Translations under genes and position numbers: made by a program
Shown: piece by piece, positions 18,954 through 28,801 of the stretch
How the letters are laid out: every line of letters begins with the position of its first letter
Numbering within the stretch: position 1 is the stretch's first letter
Source: a bacterium
GTDB lineage: Bacteria; Eisenbacteria; RBG-16-71-46
Direction: 5' to 3'
Length of the DNA: 32,267 bases
Assembly: GCA_043779265.1 (NCBI GenBank)
Contig: JAYWEM010000180.1
Coordinates: forward strand, 1-32,267
The notes under the pieces: model-generated
Database searches by the model: none
What the model saw: only the letters and a program-made list of their open reading frames with translations
Told to the model about the DNA's origin: nothing

Positions 18954-20171
18954 ATGAACATCCGCGAGAGTGCGGGACTCGCCCTTGAAGCCCTGAGAAC
19001 GCATGTGCTCCGCACCGCGCTCACGTTGCTCGGTGTGATCATCGGTGTTTCCTCGGTGATCGTCGTGATGTCGGTGGTTCAGGGGCTCGATCGCTATGTG
19101 GCCGATCAGGTCTCCTCGGCGGGCGGCGACGTGTTCACCATCGATCGAGTCGGATTCGAGTTCGACTTCACCAAGGTGCGCGACAAGTTGAAGCGCGCGC
19201 CCATCGATCCCGACGTGGCCGCGATCATCCAGAGCGTCGGCGTCCACATCGAGGCCGCGGTGGCGGGCGAGAGCTCCTCGAAGACGATCCGCTCCGGACG
19301 CCGCCAGCTGCGCCGCGTGTCGGTTCAGGGCAAGCAGCCCGGCTACATGGAGGTGGAGGACCTGCCGGTCGCGCGGGGCCGTCCGCTCGATGCCCGCGAT
19401 GAGCAGTCCAGAGCATCGGTCTGCGTGCTCGGGGCCGACCTGCTCGAGGACCTCTATCCGAATCTCGATCCCCTCGGCTCCGAGATCCGGATCGGATCCC
19501 ATCGCTACACGGTGGTCGGGATCGGCGAGCGGAAGGGCTCCTCGTTCGGTCAGAGTCAGGATCTCTACGTGCTCGTGCCCTACTCCACCTGGCGCAAGCA
19601 GAACGGTCGTGGCGGATCGGCCGCGATCACGGTCAAGGCGAAGGGACCCGAGCACTATGCGCAGGCGCAGGAGGAGGCTCGCGCCATCTTGCGCACGGCT
19701 CGCGGTGTCCGTCCCGGAGCCCCCGATGACTTCGAGCTCGTGACGCCCGAGATGTACCTCGGTCTATGGCGCAACCTCTCCGGCGCCATCTCGATCGTGA
19801 TCGTCGGCGTCTCGCTGATCTCCCTTCTCGTCGGCGGCATCGTGATCATGAACATCATGTTGGTCTCGGTCACCGAGCGGACGAAGGAGATCGGCATCCG
19901 CAAGGCACTTGGAGCGACGCGGCGCGATATCCTGACGCAGTTCCTCATCGAGGCGATGACGCTGTCGGCACTGGGAGGCGCGATCGGACTCCTGCTGGGT
20001 TGCGGCGTCACGCTGCTGCTCGGAGCGCTGACGCCTCTGCCGGCGTTCATCAGCCCGGTGGCGGTGGTGCTCGGGCTCCTGAGCGCCACGCTCGTCGGGG
20101 TCTTCTTCGGTGCCTATCCCGCAGCACGAGCGGCGCGCCTCGACCCGATCGAAGCGCTCCGGTACGAATGA
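18954..20171 (+). CDS. MacB/FtsX-family ABC permease (type A2, 405 aa)
   Basis: [57 protein letters not shown]. Confidence 0.93.
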   Translation: MNIRESAGLALEALRTHVLRTALTLLGVIIGVSSVIVVMSVVQGLDRYVADQVSSAGGDVFTIDRVGFEFDFTKVRDKLKRAPIDPDVAAIIQSVGVHIEAAVAGESSSKTIRSGRRQLRRVSVQGKQPGYMEVEDLPVARGRPLDARDEQSRASVCVLGADLLEDLYPNLDPLGSEIRIGSHRYTVVGIGERKGSSFGQSQDLYVLVPYSTWRKQNGRGGSAAITVKAKGPEHYAQAQEEARAILRTARGVRPGAPDDFELVTPEMYLGLWRNLSGAISIVIVGVSLISLLVGGIVIMNIMLVSVTERTKEIGIRKALGATRRDILTQFLIEAMTLSALGGAIGLLLGCGVTLLLGALTPLPAFISPVAVVLGLLSATLVGVFFGAYPAARAARLDPIEALRYE

Positions 20172-21442
20172 TGAGCCCACGCGTACGCGACATGTTCGGT
20201 GAAGTGGTCTCGATGGCATTGCGTGCCCTGCGCGCCAATCGCATGCGCTCGCTCCTGACGACGCTCGGGATCGTGATCGGGGTCGGCACGGTCGTGGCGA
20301 TGACGAGCATCATCCAGGGATTCGATCGCACGGTTCAGCTCTCGATCTCGTCGTTCGGTTCGCATGTGATCTACATGCGCAAGGCCCGTCCCGGGGCGTT
20401 CAACCCCGACTTGATCGACAGCGTCCGCCGCACCCAGGCCTTCACGGTGGAGGACGCCGAGGCGCTGCGCCGCCGCTGCCCGGACGTGAAGGGCGTCTCC
20501 ATCATCGGATTCGTCGAAGCCGCGAAAGTGAGCTACCGGGGCCGGAGTTCGCGCGGCATCCAGATCATCGGTTCCGACCCCTCGATCCAGGAGGTGAACT
20601 CCTACGATCCCTGGGTGGGGCGGTTCTTCACCGAGGAGGAGGTGCGCCGTCGCGCTCAGGTGGCGGTCGTCGGGAAGTCGATTCGAGACGATCTCATGGG
20701 AGGGATCGATCCCATCGGTCGGATCCTCCACGTCAACGGCGTGCCTTTCCGCATCGTCGGGGAATTGGAGCCCAAGGGACGCTCACTCTTCTTCAATCCC
20801 GACGAGATCCTCACGATCCCGTACACGACGATGACCAAGCTCTTCCCGCCGGGTCCAGACGCCTCGTTCTTCGTTCCCGCCAAGGGGCAGTACTACTTGA
20901 ATGCCGTGGCTGTGGAGCCCGAGCGGACCGCCGCCGCAGTCGACCAGATCGTGGATGTGCTCCGGCAGCGCCGGGGGCTGACGCACCGCCGACCCAACAA
21001 CTTCGCGGTGTTCACCGAGGAGGCCCTGTCGGAGCTCTACAACCAGATCACGGGGGCGACGTTCGTCGTGATGCTGCTCGTCTCATCGATCGCGCTGCTC
21101 GTGGGCGGGATCGGCGTGATGAACATCATGCTGGTGGCCGTGACGGAGCGAACGCGCGAGATCGGTCTACGCAAGGCGGTCGGCGCGCCGAGGCGCACGA
21201 TCCTGCTGCAGTTCCTGCTCGAGGCGGTGTTCCTGACGACGGTGGGAGGGGCGATCGGCCTCGCCGCCGGTGCCGGCATCGCCCAGGTCGTGCGCATCTT
21301 CACGGCGCTGCCGGCCTACACGCCGCTGTGGGTGGTGGTGCTTGCCTTCGGATTCTCCGCGGCAGTCGGCGTGTTCTTCGGGCTCTATCCGGCGGTGCGC
21401 GCCTCGCGGCTCGATCCGGTCGAGGCACTGCGGTGGGAGTGA
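20168..21442 (+). CDS. MacB/FtsX-family ABC permease (type B2, about 424 aa)
   Basis: ANRMRSLLTTLGIVIGVGTVV; VGGIGVMNIMLVAVTERTREIGLRKAVGA; LDPVEALRWE. ATGA overlap with the previous stop. Confidence 0.93.
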   Translation: MMSPRVRDMFGEVVSMALRALRANRMRSLLTTLGIVIGVGTVVAMTSIIQGFDRTVQLSISSFGSHVIYMRKARPGAFNPDLIDSVRRTQAFTVEDAEALRRRCPDVKGVSIIGFVEAAKVSYRGRSSRGIQIIGSDPSIQEVNSYDPWVGRFFTEEEVRRRAQVAVVGKSIRDDLMGGIDPIGRILHVNGVPFRIVGELEPKGRSLFFNPDEILTIPYTTMTKLFPPGPDASFFVPAKGQYYLNAVAVEPERTAAAVDQIVDVLRQRRGLTHRRPNNFAVFTEEALSELYNQITGATFVVMLLVSSIALLVGGIGVMNIMLVAVTERTREIGLRKAVGAPRRTILLQFLLEAVFLTTVGGAIGLAAGAGIAQVVRIFTALPAYTPLWVVVLAFGFSAAVGVFFGLYPAVRASRLDPVEALRWE

Positions 21443-21482
21443 GCGCGCGAGCCCCGGGGCGATGCGGTAGATTCGGCCCTCC

Positions 21483-24341
21483 ATGACACCCTTGCTCGAG
21501 ACCCCCGTCGAACGCTCCTCGGCCCTCAGCGACATCCACATCCGTGGCGCGAGGGAGCACAATCTCCAGGATCTCTCACTCCGGCTACCGCGGCAGAGCC
21601 TCATCGTGATCACCGGGGTCTCGGGGTCGGGTAAGTCCTCGCTCGCCTTCGACACGTTGTATGCGGAGGGGCAGCGTCGCTATGTCGAGTCGCTGAGTGC
21701 CTATGCGCGCCAGTTCCTCGGACAGATGGAGAAGCCCGATGTCGATGCGATCGAGGGCCTGTCGCCCGCGATCGCCATCGAGCAGAAGGGCGCCGGTTCC
21801 AATCCGCGCTCGACCGTGGCGACGATCACCGAGGTCTACGACTACCTCCGCTTGTTGTTCTCGCGAGTCGGGGCCCGGCACTGTCCCAAGTGCGACACGC
21901 CGCTGGCGAGACGCAGCATCCAGGAGATGGTGGATCAGCTGCTCGCCGACCTGCCGGGGCAGCGCATCGCGCTGTTGGCGCCGGTGGTGCGTGGGCGCAA
22001 GGGCGAGTACAAGAAGGAGCTCGAGCAGTTCCATCGCCAGGGCTACCTGCGCGCGAGGATCGACGGCGCCTGGGTCGAACTCGAGGACCCGCCGACGCTC
22101 AAGCGTCATCAGCGTCACGATGTCGAGGTCGTCGTGGATCGGCTGAAGGTCCAGCGTGACGATCGCGGTCGCCTCACCGAATCCCTGGAGGCCGCCCTCA
22201 AGCTGGGCGAGGGTCTCGTGTTGGTCGCTCGCGATGGAGCCGAGGACATGCCGCTCAGCATCGGAGGGACCTGCCCCAAGTGCGGCACGGCGGTCGACGA
22301 TCTCGAGCCGCGCCACTTCTCGTTCAACTCGCCCTATGGCGCCTGCAAGGACTGCGATGGACTCGGAACGCAGCTCAAGGTCGATCCCGACCGTGTGATC
22401 CCGGATGCCGGCAAGAGCCTGCGCGAGGGGGCGATCAGCTCCATGGGCGATGCCGGAGGCACCTGGACGGCGGGCACCCTCAAGGGGCTGGCCACGGCAT
22501 TCAAGATCCCGCTCGACACGCCGTGGAAGAAGCTGTCGGCCAAGCACCGGCAGATCATCCTGAATGGAGCAGGGGATGAGGAGGTGCGCTTCGAGTACAA
22601 GAGCGCCAAGGGCTCGCGCTTCGTGCATCGCGCCGAGTGGCGCGGCGTGCTGCCCGACCTCGAACGCCGCTATCGACAGAGCACGAGCGAGGCGGTTCGC
22701 AGGTCGATCGCCGCGATGATGAACCTGACGCCATGCCCATCGTGCAAGGGTCGCAGGCTCCAGCCGGCCAGCCTCGCAGTGCGCGTCGATGGCGAGAACA
22801 TCGGCGAGTGGACGGCCCTCTCGGTCTCGAAGGCGAGGGTTCGTGCGGAGTCGCTCGTGTTCAAGGGAGGCTCGGCCACGATCACCGCGCCCATCCTGAA
22901 GGAGATCCGCAGCCGCCTCGGCTTCCTCGAGGACGTCGGACTGGGCTACCTCACGCTCGACCGCTCGGCGGGCACGCTTGCGGGTGGCGAGGCTCAGCGC
23001 ATCCGACTGGCGACGCAGATCGGATCGCAGCTCACGGGCGTGCTCTACATCCTCGATGAGCCCTCGATCGGGCTGCACCATCGCGACAACCAACGCCTGC
23101 TCACGATGCTGCGACGACTGCGGGACCTCGGGAACACGGTCGTCGTGGTGGAACACGATGAGGAGACGATGCGCGCCGCGGATTTCCTCGTCGATCTCGG
23201 CCCGGGCGCCGGACGGCACGGCGGACGCATCGTGGCGCAGGGCACCCCCGCGGCGGTGATGCGCATCGCCGACTCGGTGACGGGGCAGTACCTCTCCGGC
23301 AAGCGACGCATCCGCGCACCCGAGAAGCGCCGCAAGGGCAGTGGCGAGGCGCTCGTGGTGAAGGGTGCCAGGGAGCACAACCTCAAGGGTGTCGACGTGA
23401 GCTTCCCGCTCGGCACGTTCATCTGCGTGACGGGCGTCTCCGGCTCGGGCAAGAGCACGCTCGTCAACGACATCCTGCTGCGAGCGCTCGAGCTCAAGCT
23501 CGGCCAGGGCTCGGAGGATCCGGGCAAGCATGCCGGGCTCACGGGCCTCGAACATCTCGACAAAGTCGTGGCCATCGACCAGAGCCCCATCGGACGCACG
23601 CCGCGCTCGAATCCGGCCACTTACACCGGAGCGTTCAGTTTCATCCGCGACCTGTTCGCGAAGCTGCCGGAGTCCAAAGTGCGCGGATATCGTCCCGGAC
23701 GATTCAGTTTCAACGTCAAGGGTGGCCGGTGCGAGGCGTGTGAAGGGGATGGCTCCAAGCGCATCGAGATGCATTTCCTCCCGGATGTGTTCGTGCGTTG
23801 CGACACCTGCCACGGGCGCCGCTACAATCGAGAGACGCTCGAGGTGCTCTATCGGGGGCGTTCGATCGCGGATATTCTCGAGATGACGGTCGAGGAGGGA
23901 CTGGAGTTCCTCGGGGCGGTACCGGCTCTGCGGCGCAAGCTCGAGACGCTGCGCGACGTGGGGCTCGGCTACATTCACCTCGGTCAGGCCGCGACGACGC
24001 TGTCGGGCGGGGAGGCGCAGCGCGTCAAGCTCGCCGCCGAACTCTCCCGCGTCGCGACTGGCCGCACGCTGTACGTGCTCGATGAACCGACCACCGGACT
24101 CCACTTCGAGGATGTCCGAGTGTTGCTCGGCGTGCTTCAGGCGCTGGTCGATCGTGGGAACACGGTCGTGGTCATCGAGCACAACCTCGACGTCATCCTC
24201 AGCGCGGATTGGCTGATCGATCTGGGACCAGAAGGTGGCGACCGCGGAGGTCAGGTGGTCGCTGCAGGGACACCCGAAGCGCTCGCACGCGCCAGGGGAT
24301 CCCATACCGGCATCGCACTTCGAGAGGTACTCGCCCGATGA
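21483..24341 (+). CDS. uvrA: Excinuclease ABC subunit A
   Basis: GAREHNL twice, two Walker A motifs GVSGSGKS, AEGQRRYVESLSAYARQF, Zn-finger Cys pairs, LAGGEAQRIRLA and LSGGEAQRVKLA; 952 aa. Confidence 0.98.
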   Translation: MTPLLETPVERSSALSDIHIRGAREHNLQDLSLRLPRQSLIVITGVSGSGKSSLAFDTLYAEGQRRYVESLSAYARQFLGQMEKPDVDAIEGLSPAIAIEQKGAGSNPRSTVATITEVYDYLRLLFSRVGARHCPKCDTPLARRSIQEMVDQLLADLPGQRIALLAPVVRGRKGEYKKELEQFHRQGYLRARIDGAWVELEDPPTLKRHQRHDVEVVVDRLKVQRDDRGRLTESLEAALKLGEGLVLVARDGAEDMPLSIGGTCPKCGTAVDDLEPRHFSFNSPYGACKDCDGLGTQLKVDPDRVIPDAGKSLREGAISSMGDAGGTWTAGTLKGLATAFKIPLDTPWKKLSAKHRQIILNGAGDEEVRFEYKSAKGSRFVHRAEWRGVLPDLERRYRQSTSEAVRRSIAAMMNLTPCPSCKGRRLQPASLAVRVDGENIGEWTALSVSKARVRAESLVFKGGSATITAPILKEIRSRLGFLEDVGLGYLTLDRSAGTLAGGEAQRIRLATQIGSQLTGVLYILDEPSIGLHHRDNQRLLTMLRRLRDLGNTVVVVEHDEETMRAADFLVDLGPGAGRHGGRIVAQGTPAAVMRIADSVTGQYLSGKRRIRAPEKRRKGSGEALVVKGAREHNLKGVDVSFPLGTFICVTGVSGSGKSTLVNDILLRALELKLGQGSEDPGKHAGLTGLEHLDKVVAIDQSPIGRTPRSNPATYTGAFSFIRDLFAKLPESKVRGYRPGRFSFNVKGGRCEACEGDGSKRIEMHFLPDVFVRCDTCHGRRYNRETLEVLYRGRSIADILEMTVEEGLEFLGAVPALRRKLETLRDVGLGYIHLGQAATTLSGGEAQRVKLAAELSRVATGRTLYVLDEPTTGLHFEDVRVLLGVLQALVDRGNTVVVIEHNLDVILSADWLIDLGPEGGDRGGQVVAAGTPEALARARGSHTGIALREVLAR

Positions 24342-25441
24342 GCCCCACCAGCACGGAGTCGACGCGTTCCACGACGAGAACTGCCCCGACGGGCACGATG
24401 CGGGCGGTGGTCAAGGCCACTGCCGGCCCCGGAGCCGAGATCCGCGAGGTCCCGATTCCCACCTTTGGGCGCGCGGAGATCCTGCTGCGTGTCCTGCGAG
24501 CCGGCGTCTGCGGCACCGACCTGCACATCTGGAACTGGGACCGATGGTCCGAGGGGCGGGTCAAGCCGCCGGTGACGCTCGGACACGAATTCGTCGGGGA
24601 GGTCGTGGAGCTCGGCGAGGATGTCCTCAACGTGAAGCGCGGGGACATCGTCTCGTGCGAAAGCCACGTCGTATGTGGGACCTGCCTCGCTTGTCGCACG
24701 GGTAGCGCGCATGTGTGCGAGAACACGCTCATCCTCGGCGTGGACATCAACGGCGGCTTCGCCGAGTACGTCGCGGTCCCTGCCGTGAATGCCTGGCCCG
24801 TCCCTTCCGGCGTGTCGCTCGAGGTGGCTGCGGTCATGGAGCCGTGCGGGAATGCCGTGCACACGGCGTTCGCCGGGCCGCTCTCGGGTTGCAACATCGC
24901 CGTGACCGGCTGCGGCCCGATCGGCTTGTTCGCCATCGGCGTCGCTCGTGCAGCGGGGGCCGCACGCGTGTTCGCCTCGGATGTCTCGCCCTTCCGTCTC
25001 GATCTCGCACGCCAGATGCATGCGGATGCGGTCATCGATGTGTCGAAGGAGGACTTCGTCGCGACGTCGATGAAGTTGACGGGGGGCCGCGGGCTCGATG
25101 GCGTGCTCGAGATGTCGGGGAATCCGAAGGCGGTTCGCGACGGATTGGGGGCGCTCCGCATGGGAGGACGGCTCTCGATGCTGGGGCTGCCGACCGAGCC
25201 GTTCGATCTCGACTGGAATCGGCTCGTCATCTTCAAGGGGATCACGCTGCACGGCATCATCGGGCGGCGCATGTACGACACCTGGTTCCAGCTCGATCAA
25301 CTGCTCGGCTCGGGTCGACTCGACCTGCGGCCCGCCATCACGCACGTCATGGAGATGGAGCGATTCGACGAGGCCATCGCACTGCTGCGCGACGGCCGCG
25401 CCGGTAAGGTCGTGTTGGTTCCGTGGGGCCGCTCGGCCTAG
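24338..25441 (+). CDS. tdh: L-threonine 3-dehydrogenase
   Basis: CGTDLHIWNWDRW, GHEF, structural Zn C..C..C.......C, GCGPIG, LEMSG, GIIGRRMYDTW; adjacent to kbl. Alternative start ATG 24398. Confidence 0.93.
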   Translation: MSPTSTESTRSTTRTAPTGTMRAVVKATAGPGAEIREVPIPTFGRAEILLRVLRAGVCGTDLHIWNWDRWSEGRVKPPVTLGHEFVGEVVELGEDVLNVKRGDIVSCESHVVCGTCLACRTGSAHVCENTLILGVDINGGFAEYVAVPAVNAWPVPSGVSLEVAAVMEPCGNAVHTAFAGPLSGCNIAVTGCGPIGLFAIGVARAAGAARVFASDVSPFRLDLARQMHADAVIDVSKEDFVATSMKLTGGRGLDGVLEMSGNPKAVRDGLGALRMGGRLSMLGLPTEPFDLDWNRLVIFKGITLHGIIGRRMYDTWFQLDQLLGSGRLDLRPAITHVMEMERFDEAIALLRDGRAGKVVLVPWGRSA

Positions 25442-25450
25442 GAGGATTCG

Positions 25451-26659
25451 ATGTTCGAACGGATGAAGCCAGCCCTCGAAGCGGAACTCGAGCGGATCCG
25501 CGAGGCGGGTCTGTGGAAGCATGAGCGCGTGATCGCCTCGGCGCAGGGTCCCGAGGTCACGCTCGAGGATGGTTCACGCGTGCTCGTCTTCTGCGCCAAC
25601 AACTACCTCGGACTCTCGAGTCATCCTGTAGTGATCGAGGCTGCGCATCGAGCGCTGGACTCGCACGGCTTCGGACTGTCCTCGGTCCGGTTCATCTGCG
25701 GCACGCAGGACCTGCACCGAGCGCTCGAGCAGCGCATCGCCGGGTTCCTCGGGATGGACGACAGCATCCTGTACGCCGCCTGTTTCGATGCCAACGGCGG
25801 CGTGTTCGAGCCGCTGCTCGGAGAATCCGATGCGATCATCAGCGATGAGCTGAATCACGCATCGATCATCGACGGCGTGCGGCTGTGCAAGGCGCAGCGC
25901 TGGCGGTATCGCAACAACGACATGGCCGACCTCGAGCGCTGCCTGGAGGAGGCGAAGGCGAAGGGCTGTGCCCAGACGCTGATCGTCACCGACGGTGTGT
26001 TCTCGATGGATGGCACGATCGCGGACCTCAAGAGCATCTGCGACCTCGCCGACCGATTCGGCGCCATGGTCATGGTCGATGAGTGTCATGCCACGGGCTT
26101 CATCGGGGCGACCGGTCGCGGCACGATCGAGCTGCACGGAGTGCAGGGCCGAGTCGACATCGTCACCGGGACGCTCGGCAAGGCGCTCGGCGGTGCCCTG
26201 GGTGGATTCACGGCGGCGCGCGCTCCCATCGTCCAGATGCTGCGCCAGCGCTCACGGCCCTATCTCTTCTCGAACACGCTGCCGCCCGCGGTGGTGGGAG
26301 CGGGGATCGCGGTACTCGACCTGCTCCACTCGTCGACCGAGCTGCGGGATCGTCTCGAATCGAACACGACGCGGTTCCGGAACCTGATGACCGCGGCCGG
26401 ATTCGACATCCGTCCGGGGGGCCACCCGATCGTCCCGATCATGCTGGGGGACGAGCGTCTCGCGCATGAGATGGCCTCCCGGCTGCTCGCCGAGGGCATC
26501 TACGTGATCGGCTTCTCGTTCCCCGTGGTTCCCAAGGGGAAGGCCCGGATCCGCGTGCAGGTGTCCGCGGCTCATTCGGAGGCTCAGATCGACCGTGCCG
26601 TGGCCGCTTTCACGTGTGTCGGGGAGGCTCTGGGCGTCATCCGTCACGCTGGTGCCTGA
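25451..26659 (+). CDS. kbl: 2-amino-3-ketobutyrate CoA ligase (glycine C-acetyltransferase)
   Basis: [47 protein letters not shown] (PLP Lys), [25 protein letters not shown]. Confidence 0.95.
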   Translation: MFERMKPALEAELERIREAGLWKHERVIASAQGPEVTLEDGSRVLVFCANNYLGLSSHPVVIEAAHRALDSHGFGLSSVRFICGTQDLHRALEQRIAGFLGMDDSILYAACFDANGGVFEPLLGESDAIISDELNHASIIDGVRLCKAQRWRYRNNDMADLERCLEEAKAKGCAQTLIVTDGVFSMDGTIADLKSICDLADRFGAMVMVDECHATGFIGATGRGTIELHGVQGRVDIVTGTLGKALGGALGGFTAARAPIVQMLRQRSRPYLFSNTLPPAVVGAGIAVLDLLHSSTELRDRLESNTTRFRNLMTAAGFDIRPGGHPIVPIMLGDERLAHEMASRLLAEGIYVIGFSFPVVPKGKARIRVQVSAAHSEAQIDRAVAAFTCVGEALGVIRHAGA

Positions 26660-26707
26660 GCATGCAGCGGTCCCGGAACGCATCGGGCTGCGGATTCGAC
26701 CTCTGGC

Positions 26708-26737
26708 TTGACCCTGCTTGAGGCAGGCGGATAACTT
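26708..26737 (+). promoter_or_regulatory. Putative sigma70-type promoter for gcvT
   Basis: TTGACC (26708-26713), 18 nt spacer, TAACTT (26732-26737), about 35 nt upstream of the GTG start. Confidence 0.5.
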
Positions 26738-26771
26738 CGGGCGGTTCGGACCTTCACCCAGAGGACATCGC

Positions 26772-27881
26772 GTGCAACCCTCTTCCGCTCTGCGCCGCAC
26801 CCCCTTCCATGCCCATCATCAAGCGGCCGGGGCGAAACTCATGGATTTCGCCGGTTTCGAGATGCCGGTCCGCTACACGGGCGACGTCCGTGAGCACCAG
26901 GCTGTGCGAACCGGTGTCGGGCTCTTCGACATCAGCCACATGGGCGAGTTCGAGGTGTGTGGCCCGGGGGCCACCGAGTACCTCGACCGTGTGGTCACCA
27001 ATCATGTCGCGGCGCTCGAGGTGGGGCAGGCGCTCTATTCGCCCATGTGCCGGCCGGATGGCGGCATCGTGGACGACCTGCTCGTCTATCGGTATGCGGG
27101 CCACCACATGGTGGTGGTGAACGCCTCGAACATCGCGAAGGACCTGGCCTGGATGCTGGAGCACAAGCCGGCCTCGGTCACGCTGACGGATCGATCCGAC
27201 GAGACCGCGCTCCTCGCCGTGCAGGGGCCGCGCGCCGCGGATCTGCTGAGACCGCACGTCCCCGCCGAAGCCCTGGAGCTCGGCTACTATCGCTTCACGC
27301 TCGCCACGCTGTTCGGTGCGCCAGTGACGCTCTCGCGCACGGGCTACACGGGCGAGGATGGTTTCGAGATCTACGTCGCTCCCGAGTATTCAGATGCGGT
27401 GTGGCAGGGCGTGACGGCCGCGGGTCAGGCGCACGGGCTCGAACTCGTCGGACTCGGGGCGCGCGATACGCTGCGACTCGAGATGGGCTACATGCTCTAC
27501 GGCAATGACATCACGGACTCGACCACGCCTCTCGAAGCCGGTCTCGGTTGGACGGTGAAACTCCAGAAGGGTGAGTTCCACGGCAGCGAGGTGATGCTGA
27601 AGCAGAAGGCCGAGGGCTTGAAACGCCGACTGGTCGGATTCCAACTGGAGGGTCGCCGTGTCCCTCGCCACGGGATGCCCATCTTCGCCGACGGCCGACA
27701 GGTGGGAGAGGTGACGAGCGGGACCTACAGTCCGACGCTCGAACGTCCCATCGGGATGGGCTATGTCGAGAAGGCGCATGCTGCCACGGGCGGATCGCTC
27801 GAGATCCATGCGGGCAGCAGTCAGCTCGCCGCGCGGGTGACCGCGCGGCCGTTCTACACACGCGGTTCACATCGTTCGTGA
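26772..27881 (+). CDS. gcvT: Glycine cleavage system aminomethyltransferase T
   Basis: LRRTPF, FAGFEMPVRY, GLFDISHMGE, SRTGYTGEDGFEI, GLGARDTLRLEMG, GEVTSGTYSP. GAGGA RBS, GTG 26772. Confidence 0.95.
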   Translation: MQPSSALRRTPFHAHHQAAGAKLMDFAGFEMPVRYTGDVREHQAVRTGVGLFDISHMGEFEVCGPGATEYLDRVVTNHVAALEVGQALYSPMCRPDGGIVDDLLVYRYAGHHMVVVNASNIAKDLAWMLEHKPASVTLTDRSDETALLAVQGPRAADLLRPHVPAEALELGYYRFTLATLFGAPVTLSRTGYTGEDGFEIYVAPEYSDAVWQGVTAAGQAHGLELVGLGARDTLRLEMGYMLYGNDITDSTTPLEAGLGWTVKLQKGEFHGSEVMLKQKAEGLKRRLVGFQLEGRRVPRHGMPIFADGRQVGEVTSGTYSPTLERPIGMGYVEKAHAATGGSLEIHAGSSQLAARVTARPFYTRGSHRS

Positions 27882-27897
27882 GTGCAAGGAGGCCGGA

Positions 27898-28287
27898 GTG
27901 ACGTATCCCGATGATGTGCGCTACACCCGCGAACACGAGTGGGTCCGAGAGGCCTCAGGCGTTCTCACGATCGGCGTGACGAGTTATGCCACCGACCAGT
28001 TGGGCGATGTCGTCTTCGTCGAGCTGCCGGATGCGGGTCGCTCGATCGAATCCGGCAAGCCGTTCGGCGTGGTCGAGGCGGTGAAGACCGTGAGCGACCT
28101 CTACGCGCCGATTGCCGGTGAGGTGGTCGAGGTCAACGCCGCACTCGCCGACAATCCCGCGCTGGTGAATCAGGACCCTTACGGCGAGGGCTGGATGATC
28201 CGTGTCCGCCCGAGCGATCCGACGGCCATCCAGTCCCTGCTCACGGCTGCGGACTACGAGAAGCACGTGGAGGAATCGCACGCGTGA
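27898..28287 (+). CDS. gcvH: Glycine cleavage system H protein
   Basis: YTREHEW, QLGDVVFVELP, lipoyl Lys in VEAVKTVSD, NQDPYGEGW. AGGAGG RBS, GTG start. Confidence 0.96.
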   Translation: MTYPDDVRYTREHEWVREASGVLTIGVTSYATDQLGDVVFVELPDAGRSIESGKPFGVVEAVKTVSDLYAPIAGEVVEVNAALADNPALVNQDPYGEGWMIRVRPSDPTAIQSLLTAADYEKHVEESHA

Positions 28288-28354
28288 GCCTCCCGTTCGC
28301 GCACGGAACCGCCAGCACCAGAGCACCGCGCCCTGCCCGCGTGGCGCGGGCGTG

Positions 28355-28801
28355 ATGCTGGCCGTGGCAGACGTTTCACGGGTGGAGGCGGCCGAGACGG
28401 TCACCTGGCAGTACGACCCTTGGGCGGAGAAGCCGCAGGTCGCGTGGATCGCGGCGATCGCCGCGCTGCTGCTGTGCGTGCTCGTCGTGAACCTCGAAGA
28501 GTCGTTCCTCGTCAGCGTCGGACTGTGCCTCTTCTGTGTCGGCGCGTTCGCGCCTGCGCTGTCACGCGTCGAGTGCCGGATCGACCCGAATGGCGTCGCA
28601 CGCCGGGGTTGGCTCGGCTGGGAGCGACGTGACTGGAGCATGTTGCGTCGGATGGACCGGCTCCCCGCGGGAGTGCTCGTCTCGCCCTACAGCAAGCGCA
28701 ATCTCCTCGACAGTGCGCGCGGGATGGTCCTGCCGATGCCCGCGAACCGTCGCGAGGAACTGACGCGTCTCGTGACCGATGCACTGGAGCGATCACGATG
28801 A
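28355..28801 (+). CDS. Hypothetical membrane protein (TM hairpin plus bacterial PH-like C-terminal domain)
   Basis: Two hydrophobic helices, then ECRIDPNGVARRGWLGWERRDW (bPH/YcxB-like pattern, inference). Its stop overlaps the next ATG. The start is uncertain (28352, 28355 or 28364). Confidence 0.65.
   Translation: MLAVADVSRVEAAETVTWQYDPWAEKPQVAWIAAIAALLLCVLVVNLEESFLVSVGLCLFCVGAFAPALSRVECRIDPNGVARRGWLGWERRDWSMLRRMDRLPAGVLVSPYSKRNLLDSARGMVLPMPANRREELTRLVTDALERSR

Noticed and set aside
21585..24305. 906-aa antisense ORF opposite uvrA, and similar long antisense ORFs such as 2747-5068, 17616-19655, 24251-25522 and 29043-30356
   Set aside because: These are shadow ORFs expected from high-GC codon bias. 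They have no recognisable motifs and largely overlap well-supported genes.
26660..26771. Possible glycine riboswitch upstream of gcvT
   Set aside because: The spacer is only about 110 nt, a promoter candidate sits about 35 nt from the start codon, and no glycine aptamer core motifs are visible.
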